Source: Octopus vulgaris (lineage: Eukaryota). From it: a stretch of 64,000 nucleotides of DNA. The notes below the pieces were generated by a model that worked only from the letters and a program-made list of their open reading frames with translations, made no database searches and had not been told where the DNA came from. The position numbers and the translations under genes are program-made. The stretch spans positions 1,860,001 through 1,924,000 of the forward strand of contig OX597820.1 of NCBI GenBank assembly GCA_951406725.2, in the 5' to 3' direction. Shown here piece by piece: positions 38,608 to 52,100 of the stretch. The stretch's first letter is position 1. Each line of letters opens with the position of its first letter.

Positions 38608-39345
38608 TCATCGTCATCATCATCATCATCATCATTTAGCGTCCGCTTTCCATGCTAGCATGGGTTGGACGGTTCAACAGGGGTCTGTGAAGCCAGAAGG
38701 CTGCATCAGGCCCAGTCTGATCTGGCAGTGTTTCTACGGCTGGATGCCCTTCCTAACGCCAACCACTCCGTGAGTGTAGTGGGTGCTTTTTACGTGCCAC
38801 CCGCACAGGTGCCAGACGGAGCTGGCAAACGGCCACGGATGGATGGTGCTTTTTACGTGCCACAAGTACGGGGGCCAGGCGAGGCTGGCAACGGCCACGA
38901 TCGGATGGTGCTTTTTACGTGCCACCGGCATGGAGGCCAGTCGGGGCGGTGCTGGCAATGGCCACGATCGGATGGTTCGCTTACTTGTCACCGGCACTGG
39001 TATCACAGCTGCAATTTCTATTGATGTTGATCGACTTCGATTTTGGTTCTGCTTTCTGATATCTGATTTGATTTGGTTTGATTTTGATTTTGATTTTGAC
39101 TGTTCTCACTGGTCTTGCCGGGTCTTCTCACGCACAGCATATTTCCATAGGTCTCGGTCTCTAGTCATTTCCTTGGTGAGACCTAAAGTTCGAAGGTCGT
39201 GCTTCACCACCTCGACCCAGGTTTTCCTGAGTTTACATCTTCCACAGGTTCCCTCAACTGCTAGGGTGTGGCACATTTGCACACAACTATCTTCAGTCAT
39301 TCTCATCACATGACCATACCAGCGCAAACGTCTCTTTGCACAACT
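38608..39345 (-). mobile_element. RTE-clade LINE 3' end, tail-to-tail with the 37411-38317 copy
   Basis: [25 protein letters not shown]; very similar to 32328-33052. Confidence 0.9.
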
Positions 39346-40807
39346 GGAACCCTCGTCATCGTAACCGACGGAGTGCGACTGTTTGTGTTCGCACCCATCC
39401 CCACCACCAGCATACTTTATGAACGATGCTGGTTTGTTTATGTCCTCTTAAATTAGCAGTTCAGCGAAGGAGGTCAAGTCATTTTACTAAACCCTTCAAG
39501 GGTGTTGCTCCAGCATGGCTGCTGTCCAATGAGTGAAACTAAATAAAAGATATATTTGGTGATGCTTTTATTTTTCTCTTTCTTCTTTTCATTTGTTTCA
39601 GCCATTTGACTGTGGCCATGCTGGAGCACCACCTTTAGTCGATCAAATCGACCACCAGGACTTATTCTTTCTAAGCCTAGTACTTATTCTATCAGTCTCT
39701 TTTGCTGAAACGCTAAGTTACGGGGATGCAAACACACCGACATCGATTGTCAAGTGATGTTCGGGTGACAAACATACACACACACATATGTATATATATA
39801 TATACGACAGGCTTCTTTCAGTTTCCATCTACCAAATCCACTCACAAGGCATTGGTTGGCCCAAGGCTATAGTAGAAGACACTTGCCCAAGGTGCCATGC
39901 AGTGGGACTGAACCTGGAACCATGTGGGTGGGAAGCAAGCTACTTACCACACAGCCACATTATAATTGTTCTCCTGTCTCTGGTCTGTGATTTTATTCAG
40001 CTTCACGGCAGCAGCATCATTCCTACGTTCCTACCTCTTTCCCAGTCTTCAATCTATTCATAGATGCTGAGCTATTAAAAATGGCCACACACACATTACA
40101 GGCAAGAAGCACTGAATTTTTAACATATTTATGTACGGTAGAAATAGTTTTCTTGCTATTGTCTAGCAATTTCATTCGCTCTGTGATATTTCCATTCACA
40201 ATAGTTCCTTTGTGGTCAGTTTATAGAATAAAAATTTCCATTTTTGTCATGGCTTCCAAACTTTCACACAATTCCTCACAACAACTTCACAATGCTTTGC
40301 AGCCATTCTCCATATTTCACTCGTTTATCAAACATTGATATTTATCTGCACATTGATATGTTCTTTTATTCTTCTATTGGACTGTGGCCATGCTGGAGCA
40401 CTGCCTTTAGTCAAACAATCGATCCCCAGGACTTAGTTTTGAAGCCAAGTACTTATTCTATTGGCCCCTTTTGCCGAACTGCTAAGTTACATAAAGAGAC
40501 CAACATTGGATGTCAAGTGATGGTGGTGGGGACAAACACATAAATACAAACATCTACATATACAGATCATCATCATCATCATCATCATCGTTTAACGTCC
40601 GTTTTCCATGCTAGCATGGGTTGGACGGTTCGACCCAGGAGGCTGCACCAGGCTCCAGTCTCATCTAACACCAACCACTCCATTAGTGTAGTGGGTGCTT
40701 TTTACGTGCCACTGGCACAGATGCCAGTCAAGGTGGCAATGGCATTGGCCACGTTCGGATGATGTTTTTTACATGCCACCAGCACGGGTATCACAACTAC
40801 AATTTCC

Positions 40808-40893
<86 letters not shown>

Positions 40894-40894
40894 G

Positions 40895-40926
<32 letters not shown>

Positions 40927-40968
40927 TGTATATGTATATATATGTGTATATATATGTATATATATATG

Positions 40969-41025
<57 letters not shown>

Positions 41026-41301
41026 ATATATATATTTAAATAATGAGGGAGATAAATTAATATTAATTTTAATATCAATTTAAAACCAGTAGTCTAGCAT
41101 ACAAAAAATCTGAGAAATCAGAGAAAATTCTAATATATGTGTATATTGGCAGGGCAAGACTGCTAGGTAGTCGGCCGTATGCTAGAAATAGATCATCAAC
41201 GATCAAACTACAAGGAAAGTTCTCTAGAGGAAAAATTCAGCAAACACCAGAACCAAATTTGGCGGGTAGGACAGATGAAAGTTTATATAAAAAACAGAAT
41301 T

Positions 41302-41380
41302 AACTGCATACCTCGGTTTCGGCCTTTAACAAAAGAATTACTTACATAATTCAAATGTCCGTGGCTTCATCAGTGCAATC
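41302..41380 (-). ncRNA. Hammerhead ribozyme motif with extended stem II (mirror of 41777-41855)
   Basis: Reverse complement of the plus-strand copy. Confidence 0.6.
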
Positions 41381-41776
41381 GTTCAGTGTAAATGCAATCT
41401 GAAAAAACTAACCCCAGCTTTCTGTGCCAAAACAGACACGTGTTTAGTTTTACCGATTACATTAGGTATAAAATTTCAAATGTCTTAGTTCCGGCGCGCT
41501 AAAGAATTCCTGAAGCGAAGAACTGCAGTAAATAATTCACTAAAATTAATATTAATTTATCTTCAATATTTAAATAATTGAGGGAATAAATTAATATTAA
41601 TTTTAGCACTAACCGCAGTGAATTATTTACTGCAGTTCTTCGCTTCAGGAATTCCTTAGCGTGCCGGAACTAAGACATTTGAAATTTTATACCTAATGTA
41701 ATCGGTAAAACTAAACACGTGTCTGTTTTGGCACAGAAAACTGGGGTTAGTTTTGCGGATTGCATTTACACTGAAC

Positions 41777-41855
41777 GATTGCACTGATGAAGCCACGGAC
41801 ATTTGAATTATGTAAGTAATTCTTTTGTTAAAGGCCGAAACCGAGGTATGCAGTT
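41777..41855 (+). ncRNA. Type I hammerhead ribozyme motif with extended stem II
   Basis: GAUUGCA-CUGAUGA-aGCC..GAAUUA/UAAUUC..GGCc-GAAA-CCGAGGUA-UGCAGUU; stem III ACC/GGU; GUA triplet; first stem II pair is an A-C mismatch. Confidence 0.6.
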
Positions 41856-42609
41856 AATTCTGTTTTTTATATAAATTTTCATCTGTTCTGCCTGCCAAAT
41901 TTGGTTCTGGTGTTCGCTGAATTTTTCCTCTAGAGAATTTTCCTTGTAGTTTGATCGTTGATGATCTATTTCTAGCATACGGCCGACTATATATATATAT
42001 ATATATACATATACGTACATGTATATACAACGGGCTTCTTTCAGTTTCCATCAACCAAATCCACTCACAAAGCTTTGGTCAGTGTGAGACTATAGTAGAA
42101 GGTACTTGCCCAAGATGCCATGCAGTGGAACTGAACCTGGAACAACTCCGCAGCTTTGTAGTAGTTAGCTGCAATTTTCATCTTTTACTTGTTTCAGTCA
42201 TTGGACTGTGGCCATGCTGGGGCACCACCTTGGAAGGTTAGTTTAACAAATCGACTCCAGTATTTTATCAAGTCTGTTATTTATTCTATCAGTCGTTTTC
42301 GATGAACTGCTAGGTTACAGGGATGTGAACTAGCTGACACCGGTTCACAAGAGGTAGCAGGGAACAAACACCAAGACACACACATGCATACATATATATA
42401 TATGCACATATATTTGGCGTTAGGAAGGGCATCCAGCCGTAGAAACACTGCCAAATCTGACTGGGCCTGATGAAGCCTTCCGGCTTCACAGACCCCAGTT
42501 AAACCGTCCAACCCATGCTAGCATGGAAAACGGACGCTAAATGATGATGATGATGATGATATATGGCAAATGAAAGACGGAAGATGGAATATATGAGAAT
42601 TTATTGTTA

Positions 42610-42715
42610 ATGACGACAGTTGTTTCGACACACCTAGCATCGATTCCTCTTGGGTGGGACACTCAACAACTGGTTCAGGAGCATCCGGTGGTGCAGATGT
42701 ATCTCGTCGGGTGAT
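42610..42715 (-). ncRNA. Hammerhead-like motif with CCGACGA core and long stem II
   Basis: AUCAC-CCGACGA-GAUACAUCU..AGGUGUGUC-GAAA-CAACUGUC-GUCAU; 9-bp stem II; stem III ACA/UGU; GUC triplet; the 3' half recurs on + at 45395-45438. Confidence 0.5.
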
Positions 42716-43004
42716 AAATAATTACAACTTGTTAAAATGATTGTTCTGCAATGTAACTTCCCGTTTTGTAGAGAGAAAAGCAGCCGAACGGAGGAAATAC
42801 CTTCATTTATATACGAGATCAAAAATAAAATCAAAGATGGCAAAGAAAAGAGAAAAGAACAGACAATACAGTGAGAAAAGTATTAGAAATACATAACGAA
42901 TGCTGTGAAAGTGACCATGCCTTACCAGTTGGCTTCCAGGTGTAAACCATTCACTTTATTATCCACTGCACACACACACATACATATAGTCAAAATAATA
43001 AAAC

Positions 43005-43795
43005 AAAGAAATCCTTTAACATCTTTAATGATTCAGTTCTATATTTAAGAAACAAGGAATTATGTACCTTATTTACATTATTTACATTTGATGGATACTT
43101 GTCCTCATCTTGTTTGTTGTTAACACAACATATCGGCTGATATACCCTCCAGCCTTCATCAGGTGTCTTGGGGAAATTTCGAACCTGGGTTCTCATTCCT
43201 AAGGTATTTTTCAATGTTATCATTATTTATATAGAGTTCAATTCCAGGCAGTGACCTGAATACTACTACTACTACTAATAATAATAATAACTAGCACTAT
43301 GACCCAGCATATACAGCTGCGTGCATGCACACATACTCGCGAGTACTGTCCAAATCTCCGACCAATCACATACAGCTAGCTGGCATTTCATTGGTGTATC
43401 AAGTTTCGGGCATTTTGATTGGGTTTTGGATAGAAAATTCACAAAAAAGTCACTTCTATTGATTTTTTAATGGCTTTGCAGGGCGACTGGGGAAATGTAA
43501 AGATGTGCACGACCACCCTTGGACGGTTTTGAATGACCATAGAAAGTGCGAGCCCTCTAACTGAAAAATTGTGGATTTGTATAAAGGACACACACACAGA
43601 CATTTTGCCATTTACATATATAGAGATAATAATGATAATGATATTAACAACAACAACAACAACGAAAAGTACCTTTGGAATGAGAACCCAGGTTCGAAAT
43701 TTCCCCAAACACCTGATGAAGGCTGGAGAGTATATCAGCCGAAACGTGTTAACAACAAACAAGATGAGGACAAATATCTGTCAAATGTAAATCTT
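43005..43795. repeat. Divergent inverted pair of a short hammerhead-bearing repeat, separated by a Helitron-like insertion (43291-43627, -)
   Basis: CAC-CUGAUGA-A-GGCUG..CAGCC-GA(A/U)A at 43122-43167 (-) and 43708-43750 (+); each copy is damaged at a different position. Confidence 0.75.
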
Positions 43796-43979
43796 TAATG
43801 ATTTGTTACAGTTGTTTCCATAGCAACTCTGTTTGCAATGCCAGTTTATGCAATATTCACAGTGAAAATTTGCATAATATTTGCAGTTTTAGACATGTGA
43901 GTGACACTTCATCAGATCTGCATTGTACTTGTTGCAGACATTGTTTTTTTTCCTTCTTTTTGCTTGTATCAGGAGAAAG

Positions 43980-44630
43980 TATGGTTAGAAGATAAATACT
44001 TGGTATGGAGAGCATGCAAGGAAGAAGATGAAGAAGCATACCCCCCCCCCCCCCCACAAAGGTTTGCCATCCATTTTCTCTGGTAGGAGGTAACAGACCT
44101 CAGGAATCTCCTCCACACGGTCCTATCAGAATCACTTGTCATTACTCTTTGCAGCTGGATTCCCAAGCCTGACCGAGACAATGGAGATTATCCGTCTTGT
44201 TTCTTGGTCAACTCCTTGATTTGGCTTCAACAATCTGTCTTGCGATTCTTTCTTGCAACATTGTCGTCACATGTCCATAGTACCAGAGCTGCAACTTCTT
44301 AATGCAGAGAAGTCTTTGAAATGCATTCTGCATCTTGGTGGAATGTTACTGAGGCAAGTGGAGAAAGTGTCTGGAGGCCCTCTTCAAGAACTACATCGGC
44401 AGCAGCCAAGAGCTTTGCAACACTCGAATCATAAGTCCATTCCTTTTATGTTCCATCATACCTGTGACTGGGATGATCATACTTCAAATCTATTAATGAG
44501 AATTGACCAGAGGGCAAGTTTGGTGCCAGCACTCATGGCAATTCCATCTCTGGTAGTGTATATGTAGAGTAACCAAGTGTTTCTTAAGACATTGATGATC
44601 TCAGGGAATTTCATTTCTAGTTGAAGATCA
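43980..44630 (-). mobile_element. Old degenerate RTE-like LINE fragment
   Basis: Remnant similarity to RTE ORF2 3' end (..SDRTVWRRFLR), many stops; related remnants at about 26000-26630, 22760-23010 and 61620-61930. Confidence 0.45.
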
Positions 44631-46961
44631 AATATATATATATATATCTCATCATAATCGTTTAACGTCCGTTTTCTATGCTTGGGTTTGATGGTTCAAC
44701 AGGGGTCTGGGATGCCAGGAGGCTGTACCAGGCTCGTCTGATCTGGCAGAGTTTCTACAGCTGGATTCCCTTCCTAATGCCAACAACCCTGTGAGTGTAG
44801 TGGGTGCTTTTTACGTGCCACTGGCACAAGGGCCAGAGGAGGCTGGCAACAGCCGTGATCGATTGGTACTTTTCAAATGCCACCAGCACGGATGCCAGTC
44901 AAGGCGGCGCTGGCATCGGCCACGTTCGGATGGTGCTTTTTATGTGCTACCAGCACAGGTATCACAACTACAATTTTCATTTGATTTTTATTTTGATGTT
45001 GATGTACTTGACTCAATAGGTCTCCTCAAGCACAGCAGGTCACCCTACGATCCAAGGTTAGCACAGCAGGCCGTCCTTCAAGGCATGAACTCACTTCATT
45101 TGTTGGCTCTTCACAGTCACAGCATATCTCCAGAGGTCTGTCTTTCGTCATTGCCTCTGTGAGGCCCAACGTTCAAAGGTCATATATATACAGTTGAACC
45201 TCACAGTATGACTGCCTGATTGTATGAGCCGAAACTTGTGCCAATTTTTGTTTTGAAGTACAAGCGGAAATCTGCAGTACAGGAACACAAATCATCCTAT
45301 CTTTACGGTAATTCAGTTAATAAAACCAGTTTTCATATTTCTTTTGAATTCTCTTTTTTATAATTGCTACACCTTTTCTATTTTAAAACCCATAAGAATC
45401 GATGCTAGGTGTGTCGAAACAACTGTCGTCATTAACATTTCTGAGTGGTTTTGTTGGAAAGGATTAATTACATTTTAGTTAATTTCAATGAGGAAAATTG
45501 ATTTTTAAAATGAGTAAATCATAAAACAAGCTCAGTCTTGGAATGAATTAGACTCGTACTGTGAGCTATCAGTGTATACATGAAAATTCTTGATGACGAT
45601 TTGTCAGTACTAAACTCTCAAATAATAAGTCAAAACCATTATAATATTTATATGTCTTTATTACAAAAATTCATACTAATACACAAATTAGTATTTCATT
45701 GTCAGTTTAATATTGTATAAAAATCTAAAATAAATTCATCTTTCTTTTTTTTAAAATTATTTTTATTTTTCATTAGGATATATTATTTAATGAAATTTTC
45801 CATTTTGGTAATAAAGTAACTGGAAACATTTGTAAAAATACAATGCGGTAAAATAGCATCAAGAAGGAATTGGGCGAATTGGACAAAAATAATTATGATA
45901 TGTTAACGAGAGAAAAGACCTCTACCCTTATTATTGTTATTATTTTTTTTTTACAAGCCACAAAATTTCATAAAATCAGTAAATGGCACAAAACGCAGAA
46001 GAAAGGGACAGAATATGGGTTGCAAATAAGATGTTGGGTTATGGTGGGTGGGTGGGGGGCATTCTTGGGCTTTGTATTTACAGTTCAAGGGATTATGAAA
46101 TGTGAAACTGTATACCCCCCACCCCTGTTTCCTGCAAGACACCGAAACAACTGGTGCAGACGGATCCTCATCACAACCAGGGAAGTGGCGGAGGTGGTAA
46201 TGGTAATCAGTTGTGTTAGACTTCAGCTTCTGCGCCACTGATATTTGGGATCCTCATCATCTGGTGTCTGCTTTTCTATGCTGGCATGGGTTGGATGGTT
46301 CAGCATGAACTGACAAGCAACAGGGATGTACCAAGCTCCATTGTCTGTTTTAGTATGGTTTCTACAAGCTGGATGCTTTTCCTAATGCCAACCACTTAAC
46401 AGGGTGCATTGGGTGCTTTTTGTGAGGCACCAGTGCCCACAAGACAAGAACCCCTCATCTAGTTGGGGTATAGGGATTGAGGGATAAGAAAGTATGAGAG
46501 AGGGACAAGAGGAGGAATGTCTTAGGTAGCTTTCAGTCTTGGAAGATCAGAGAGTTGCACCATTGAAATCTCCCTGGGGTGTGACCCCCAACCATTGTAA
46601 TAGGGATTATTGGCTTTTAACATTGGTTTCAAATCTTGACACAAGGTCAGCAACTTTGAGGGTAGGAACTAGTTGACCTTGGCAGAATTTGAACTCAGAA
46701 CATGAGGACAGGTTAAACGCTGTGAAGCATTCTGACTGCTGTACTAAGCATTCTGCCAGCTCGTTACCTGATCAGTAATTAATATTGCTGATGCAACAAG
46801 TTACTCCACTCTGTAGCATTATCAGAATCCAGCAGTTGCCGATGTGTTGCAGGGTAATTCTGACAGGATCACAAACACAGAAAATCTTCTACATTTGAGA
46901 GAACATAAAACTTTAAGAATATATTGTCCATGGAGCCTCAGTTATCACTGATCTGCGATAA

Positions 46962-47392
46962 CACGATACACTCAATTGTGAATCACGATATACTCAATTG
47001 TGAATCACGATACAGTCAATTGTGAATCACGATACACTCAATTGTGAATCACGATACACTCAATTGTGAATCACGATACAGTCAATTGTGAATCACGATA
47101 CACTCAATTGTGAATCACGATACACTCAATTGTGAATCACGATACACTCAATTGTGAATCACGATACACTCAATTGTGAATCACGATACACTCAATTGTG
47201 AATCACGATACACTCAATTGTGAATCACGATACACTCAATTGTGAATCACGATACACTCAATTGTGAATCACGATACACTCAATTGTGAATCACGATACA
47301 CTCAATTGTGAATCACGATACACACAATTGTGAATCACGATACACTCAATTGTGAATCACGATACACTCAATTGTGAATCACGATACACTCA
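46962..47392. repeat. Homogeneous 22-bp minisatellite, about 19-20 copies
   Basis: Unit CACGATACACTCAATTGTGAAT with only a few single-base variants. Confidence 0.95.
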
Positions 47393-49176
47393 TCACAAAT
47401 TGACCTGTGACAACACCAATCGATGATCAGTTGAAGATTCTGCAAAAATACACCTCAGTAACCACCCATGATGTCCAGCTACCCAGAATGCAGACTGTTG
47501 CTTCTTTTTACACGGCTGTGTTGCGAGGCTGCATGGTTCTTACATAGATTTACATACTCCTAGCCATTAACATGGGACCAGCGAAAAGAAACCAAAACAC
47601 ACAAAGGTGCTAGATCAAAGGAAGCAGGTGAGTGGATTCGCTACAGGAAAAGACAGAAATGGTCAGAGAGGTACTTGGTGGTGGAAGTTCTGTTGCTGTG
47701 AACTGCAAGTCTGGTGCCGATAAATCTACCATTTGTTCCATTTGCAAAGTGCATGGAGACGATTCATTTATCACTGTATTCTTTTGCAATCATGATAAAG
47801 AGGGGGAGATGTACAACAAACCACAGGAAGCATAAGGGCTACAATTCAACATTTACCGCAAATAAGAACAGGAATAGTTCCTTCACAAAACAAGGATTGA
47901 CTGCGAAGTTCATCAAACTGATTTTTAAAAACATTTAAATGAGAAAAAAATGTGGGTGGATTAGGAATTTACCAAAATGAATTGTGATAATGTTTGGGAA
48001 CCATTGATATCGTCCAAGAGATCCTGGCCACTAATATTGCTTGACCAAAGAGACTGACAACAAACACTGCCTTAAGGAGTAGTCGAGCTCTATATTTGGT
48101 CCCTACATTTACTCCCTAAACTTTACAATGAGTGGGTTTATACTAAATGTAAATGCATCACTTTTTGAAAGATTACCAAATACCAGCTTCTGAAATAAGT
48201 ACACACAAACACATGGTACTAGCAGGCAGAATTATGAAAGAGCACACACATATACTATCATTACAATATAGAAATATGATACTTGGAGCGGTCAATATTC
48301 CTCACTTGACCGTTTTTGTTACATATTTCTGTTGAAATATGCTGCCTATTTTTTTTCACTTAATTTGGAAAACAATTACATTATTAAGTTGGTATTTGGA
48401 GCAGAAATTAACATGAGATTTTGATGTAAGGTTTAAATTTAGATAACTTTAAAAGAAGTAATTTGTATGATAGGACGAGGGAGTGTGTCAGACAGGTTGG
48501 TACAAAAAGGGCCCAGCGACAGTCACTGGAGAGTCATACTGGTACAAAAAAGCAAAATGATTGGTGAGAGTGGCTTTAAGAACTCATCTCGTTGGAATTA
48601 ACACCTTTTGACTGAATCTAAGGTATGCATGTGTCTAGGGAGTTGAAAAACTGATCAACTGAAATCAATTAGAAAGTAAAAACTCCTTCTAATAGTGCTA
48701 AAAATAGTTTTAAAAAGCAACAATCAAGGGATATAACTCCAATAAGTTCTACTGATAGAAATTTTTGGACAATCATAGACATTGGATTGGATTTGGTATT
48801 TACAGCCAGGAAGCAGATAAAGAGTGGATATGTAAAATGAAGACTAGACTAAATTGAAGTAATTAGCAAAGATTAAAGAATTGTGATGACAGAGGATATA
48901 TAAGAATCAGATAATCTGCGGATTTGACACCAATATTAGTGGTGGTCGTCGTGGTTGGTGCAGTTATTTTCAGATCAGATGGATGGCCTCAAAGCAAAGA
49001 ATGCTCTCCACTAAAGGTACTCATCAGCAAGAGGATGGTGATTAACCAGGCAATGGATGAAGTTCACTACTTCAGTTATTTTCTTTCATCCTGGATGGCT
49101 CGTATTAAGCAACTTTTATTAATTAGAAAATTACTATTTTTAAATCTCACAACAAGAGATATTCAGCAACAATACT

Positions 49177-49581
49177 TTGGAGTAAAGATTATTTGCCAAC
49201 ATAACATGGCAGTCCTGGTTTAGGACGAATGTTGCTGTAATTTAGCCCCAGGAGACATTGTCTCCAGCTGGCTATATGACACAATCTGTGTCATAATTTC
49301 GAACAAGGGAATCTAGCATCCCCACTCAGCTCAAAACAAAATATCTGTGTATCTAACCGAACAATTATTCTGTGCTGATGAAGAGAAATAACCCAGAAAT
49401 CGCAATATACAGATGTGGTTTTGAGCTGAGTGGGGGTGCTAGATTCTCTCGTTTGAAAATATAAGGACACAGATTGTGTCATATAGCCAGCTGGAGACAA
49501 TGTCTCGTGGGGCTAAATTACAGCAACATTCATCCTAAACGAGGACTGCCATGTCATGTTGGCAAACAATCTTTACTCCAA
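49177..49581. mobile_element. Foldback/MITE-like element with about 170-bp TIRs
   Basis: 49177-49350 is inverted relative to about 49405-49581; homologous to 26714-27401. Confidence 0.85.
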
Positions 49582-49858
49582 CACTTATTAACTCTAATCT
49601 ATAATTAAAAAGTAACTGAAATTGGTTGAGGGCAATATTTAGCTGAGACCAATGACGTTATTGTAACTAAAATGTAGAAAAATATTCCCTAAAATTTCTT
49701 TTCAGGACAAAAATGAAACAAAACAAGGTACCTTATTTACTTTAACGAGAAAAATAATTAGTATTGAAGTGTGATGCTAAATTTACCAAATAGTTTTTAG
49801 TCAAAGAACATTTCTTATACATACATGTATATATACATATACATACATATCTATATAC

Positions 49859-49903
<45 letters not shown>

Positions 49904-50142
49904 CATACATATATATATATACATATATATATACACATATATATATACACATATATATATACATATATACATATACATATATACATATATATATACATAT
50001 ATATATACATATATACATACATATATACATATACATATATACATATATATATATACATATATATATATACATATATATATACATATATATATACATATAT
50101 ATATACATATATATACATACATATATATACATATATATATAC

Positions 50143-50217
<75 letters not shown>

Positions 50218-50515
50218 TATATACACGTGTACATACATATATATGAACATATCAACAAATATATATATATATCCCCAAAAATATTATAAAGAAATGATTA
50301 TCTCCCTTGTAATAAAAGTTCACTAGAGAAAGAGCAATGTGTGTGTATGTGTATCTATAACCTTTCTGTAGATGATATAACAATGAAAAAGTGCTTCGTT
50401 TCCTGAAAAATAACAAATCTGTAATTAGCACCATTTAACCTGAATTAAATTTTATATTTTATGAAAGAAATGAAAAACCTACAGAGGAAACAATACAAGG
50501 TGTAAATACACACAC

Positions 50516-50564
<49 letters not shown>

Positions 50565-50675
50565 CATACATACACATGTTTGAAGAAAGATTTTCTTAAA
50601 TTAAAAATTTATTAAATATATAAAAAGATCTTTCTTCAATTATTGTAACTGTATCAAGATTTTAAAAAAAAAATA

Positions 50676-50743
<68 letters not shown>

Positions 50744-50912
50744 TAAAAAAGAACAAAATTTTTCAAACAATATTGAAATAGTGATCTTCATAACTCAGAC
50801 AGATACAAGGAATTTTTGTTTCCATTCCAAGGGATTTGGATTACTGGACAATAGCAAAACAATTAAAAAAGAAAAAAACCTAACTCTACAAATGGTGAGG
50901 AATTGAAACATT

Positions 50913-51106
50913 TCAGATGAGAAACTGTAGCAGAAAAGTGAGAGTGGAGAAAAAGAGGAGGAAGAAATGGGTTGATTTGGCAGAGGCGGCATTGCAGTCG
51001 TCCCCACTGCAAATACAAAGGTCGTGGTAGCCTCCGTGGATGATGGTTCTTCTGCAGGAATCCTTTTCGTCAGTTTCTATACATCCTCGCGTTACAGCGG
51101 ATACCA
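50913..51106 (-). CDS. Ly6/uPAR three-finger GPI protein B, last exon
   Basis: ttttctattggcag acceptor; (V)VSAVTRGCIETDEKDSCRRTIIHGGYHDLCICSGDDCNAASAKSTHFFLLFFSTLTFLLQFLI*; CxC..CN plus hydrophobic tail. Confidence 0.9.
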
Positions 51107-51145
51107 CTGCCAATAGAAAAAGGAAAATGAAGGAATATATAATAT

Positions 51146-51181
<36 letters not shown>

Positions 51182-51182
<1 letters not shown>

Positions 51183-51969
51183 AGGCTGATTCAAAAATCA
51201 CCATACTCTTTACTCTTTTACTTGTTTCAGTCATTTGACTGTGGCCATGCTGGAGCACCGCCTTTAGTCAAGCAAATCGAACCCCAGGACTTATTCTTTT
51301 CAAGCCTAGTACTTATTCTAATGGTCTCTTTTGCCAAACCACTAAGTTACGGGGACGTAAACACACCAGCATCGGTTGTCAAGCAATGTTGGGGAGGGGG
51401 GGAGACAAACACAGACACACACATATATATATATATACATATATACGATGGGCTTCTTTCAGTTTGTCTACGAAATCCACTCACAAGGCTTTGGTCGGCC
51501 CGACGCTATAGTGGAAGACAGTTGCCCAAGGCGTCACCCAGTGGGACTGAACCTGGGACCATGTGGTTCGTAAGCAAGCTACTTACCACACAGCCACTCC
51601 TACGTCTATACATAGGAACAATTTATTTTTTTTAATTAGAAACAGTTTATAAGAACAGTTTGTTTTTTTATCTAACAGGTTCTATTTATGGTTACCATTG
51701 TTTTGAATACACATTGCAATACATTGACCCCCAACTCATTGTGAACTTGTAATAATAACACATCTGGTGATACGTGTGCAAAGGAGTTGGTGATGCGTTC
51801 CTTCGAATCATTTAGGTCTTTTATCTTTCTGCGATAAACCATTCCTTTCAAATGTCCCCAAAGATAGAAATCAAGAGGGGGCAGATCAGGGTATCAAGGG
51901 GATCTTATAAACTGCTTCTTATAAAAAAAATAAATGTTTCCTATGTATGGAGACTTTTGAATCACCCTG
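51182..51969. mobile_element. Tc1/mariner-type MITE containing a SINE insertion
   Basis: TA-CAGGCTGATTCAAAAATCACCATAC..GTATGGAGACTTTTGAATCACCCTG-TA terminal inverted repeats. Confidence 0.75.
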
Positions 51970-52100
51970 TATATATATATATATATATATATGTGTACAT
52001 ACATATACATATGTGTAAATATATATACATATATATATATATATAAGGAAAATAAGACAAAGTAGAAAATGCTAAAATAATTTTATCATGAAGGACATTT

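Larger units (their letters stand above)
41168..41989. repeat. About 820-bp near-spacerless palindrome with a hammerhead motif in each arm (Penelope-like inverted terminal repeats)
   Basis: 41168-41570 is the reverse complement of about 41573-41989 with scattered mismatches and one 11-nt insertion; centre TATTTAAATA. Confidence 0.9.

Noticed and set aside
33471-40101. Possible small exons at about 33471-33555, 35067-35185 and 40001-40101
   Set aside because: AG/GT-like boundaries and an open frame exist, but there is no recognisable protein and splice signals are weak or inconsistent.
45221-45278. Hammerhead-like ACTGC-CTGATTG..GGAAATCT-GCAGT
   Set aside because: Core and stem III are too degenerate to support a call.
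46770-46887. Minus-strand Cys-containing frame (KIFCVCDP..) after an acceptor-like site, as an alternative last exon of gene B
   Set aside because: Phase does not match the phase-1 donor and the Ly6 CN plus GPI pattern is absent.
46962-47392. Possible CRISPR array
   Set aside because: Contiguous tandem units with no unique spacers, no cas genes, eukaryotic context.
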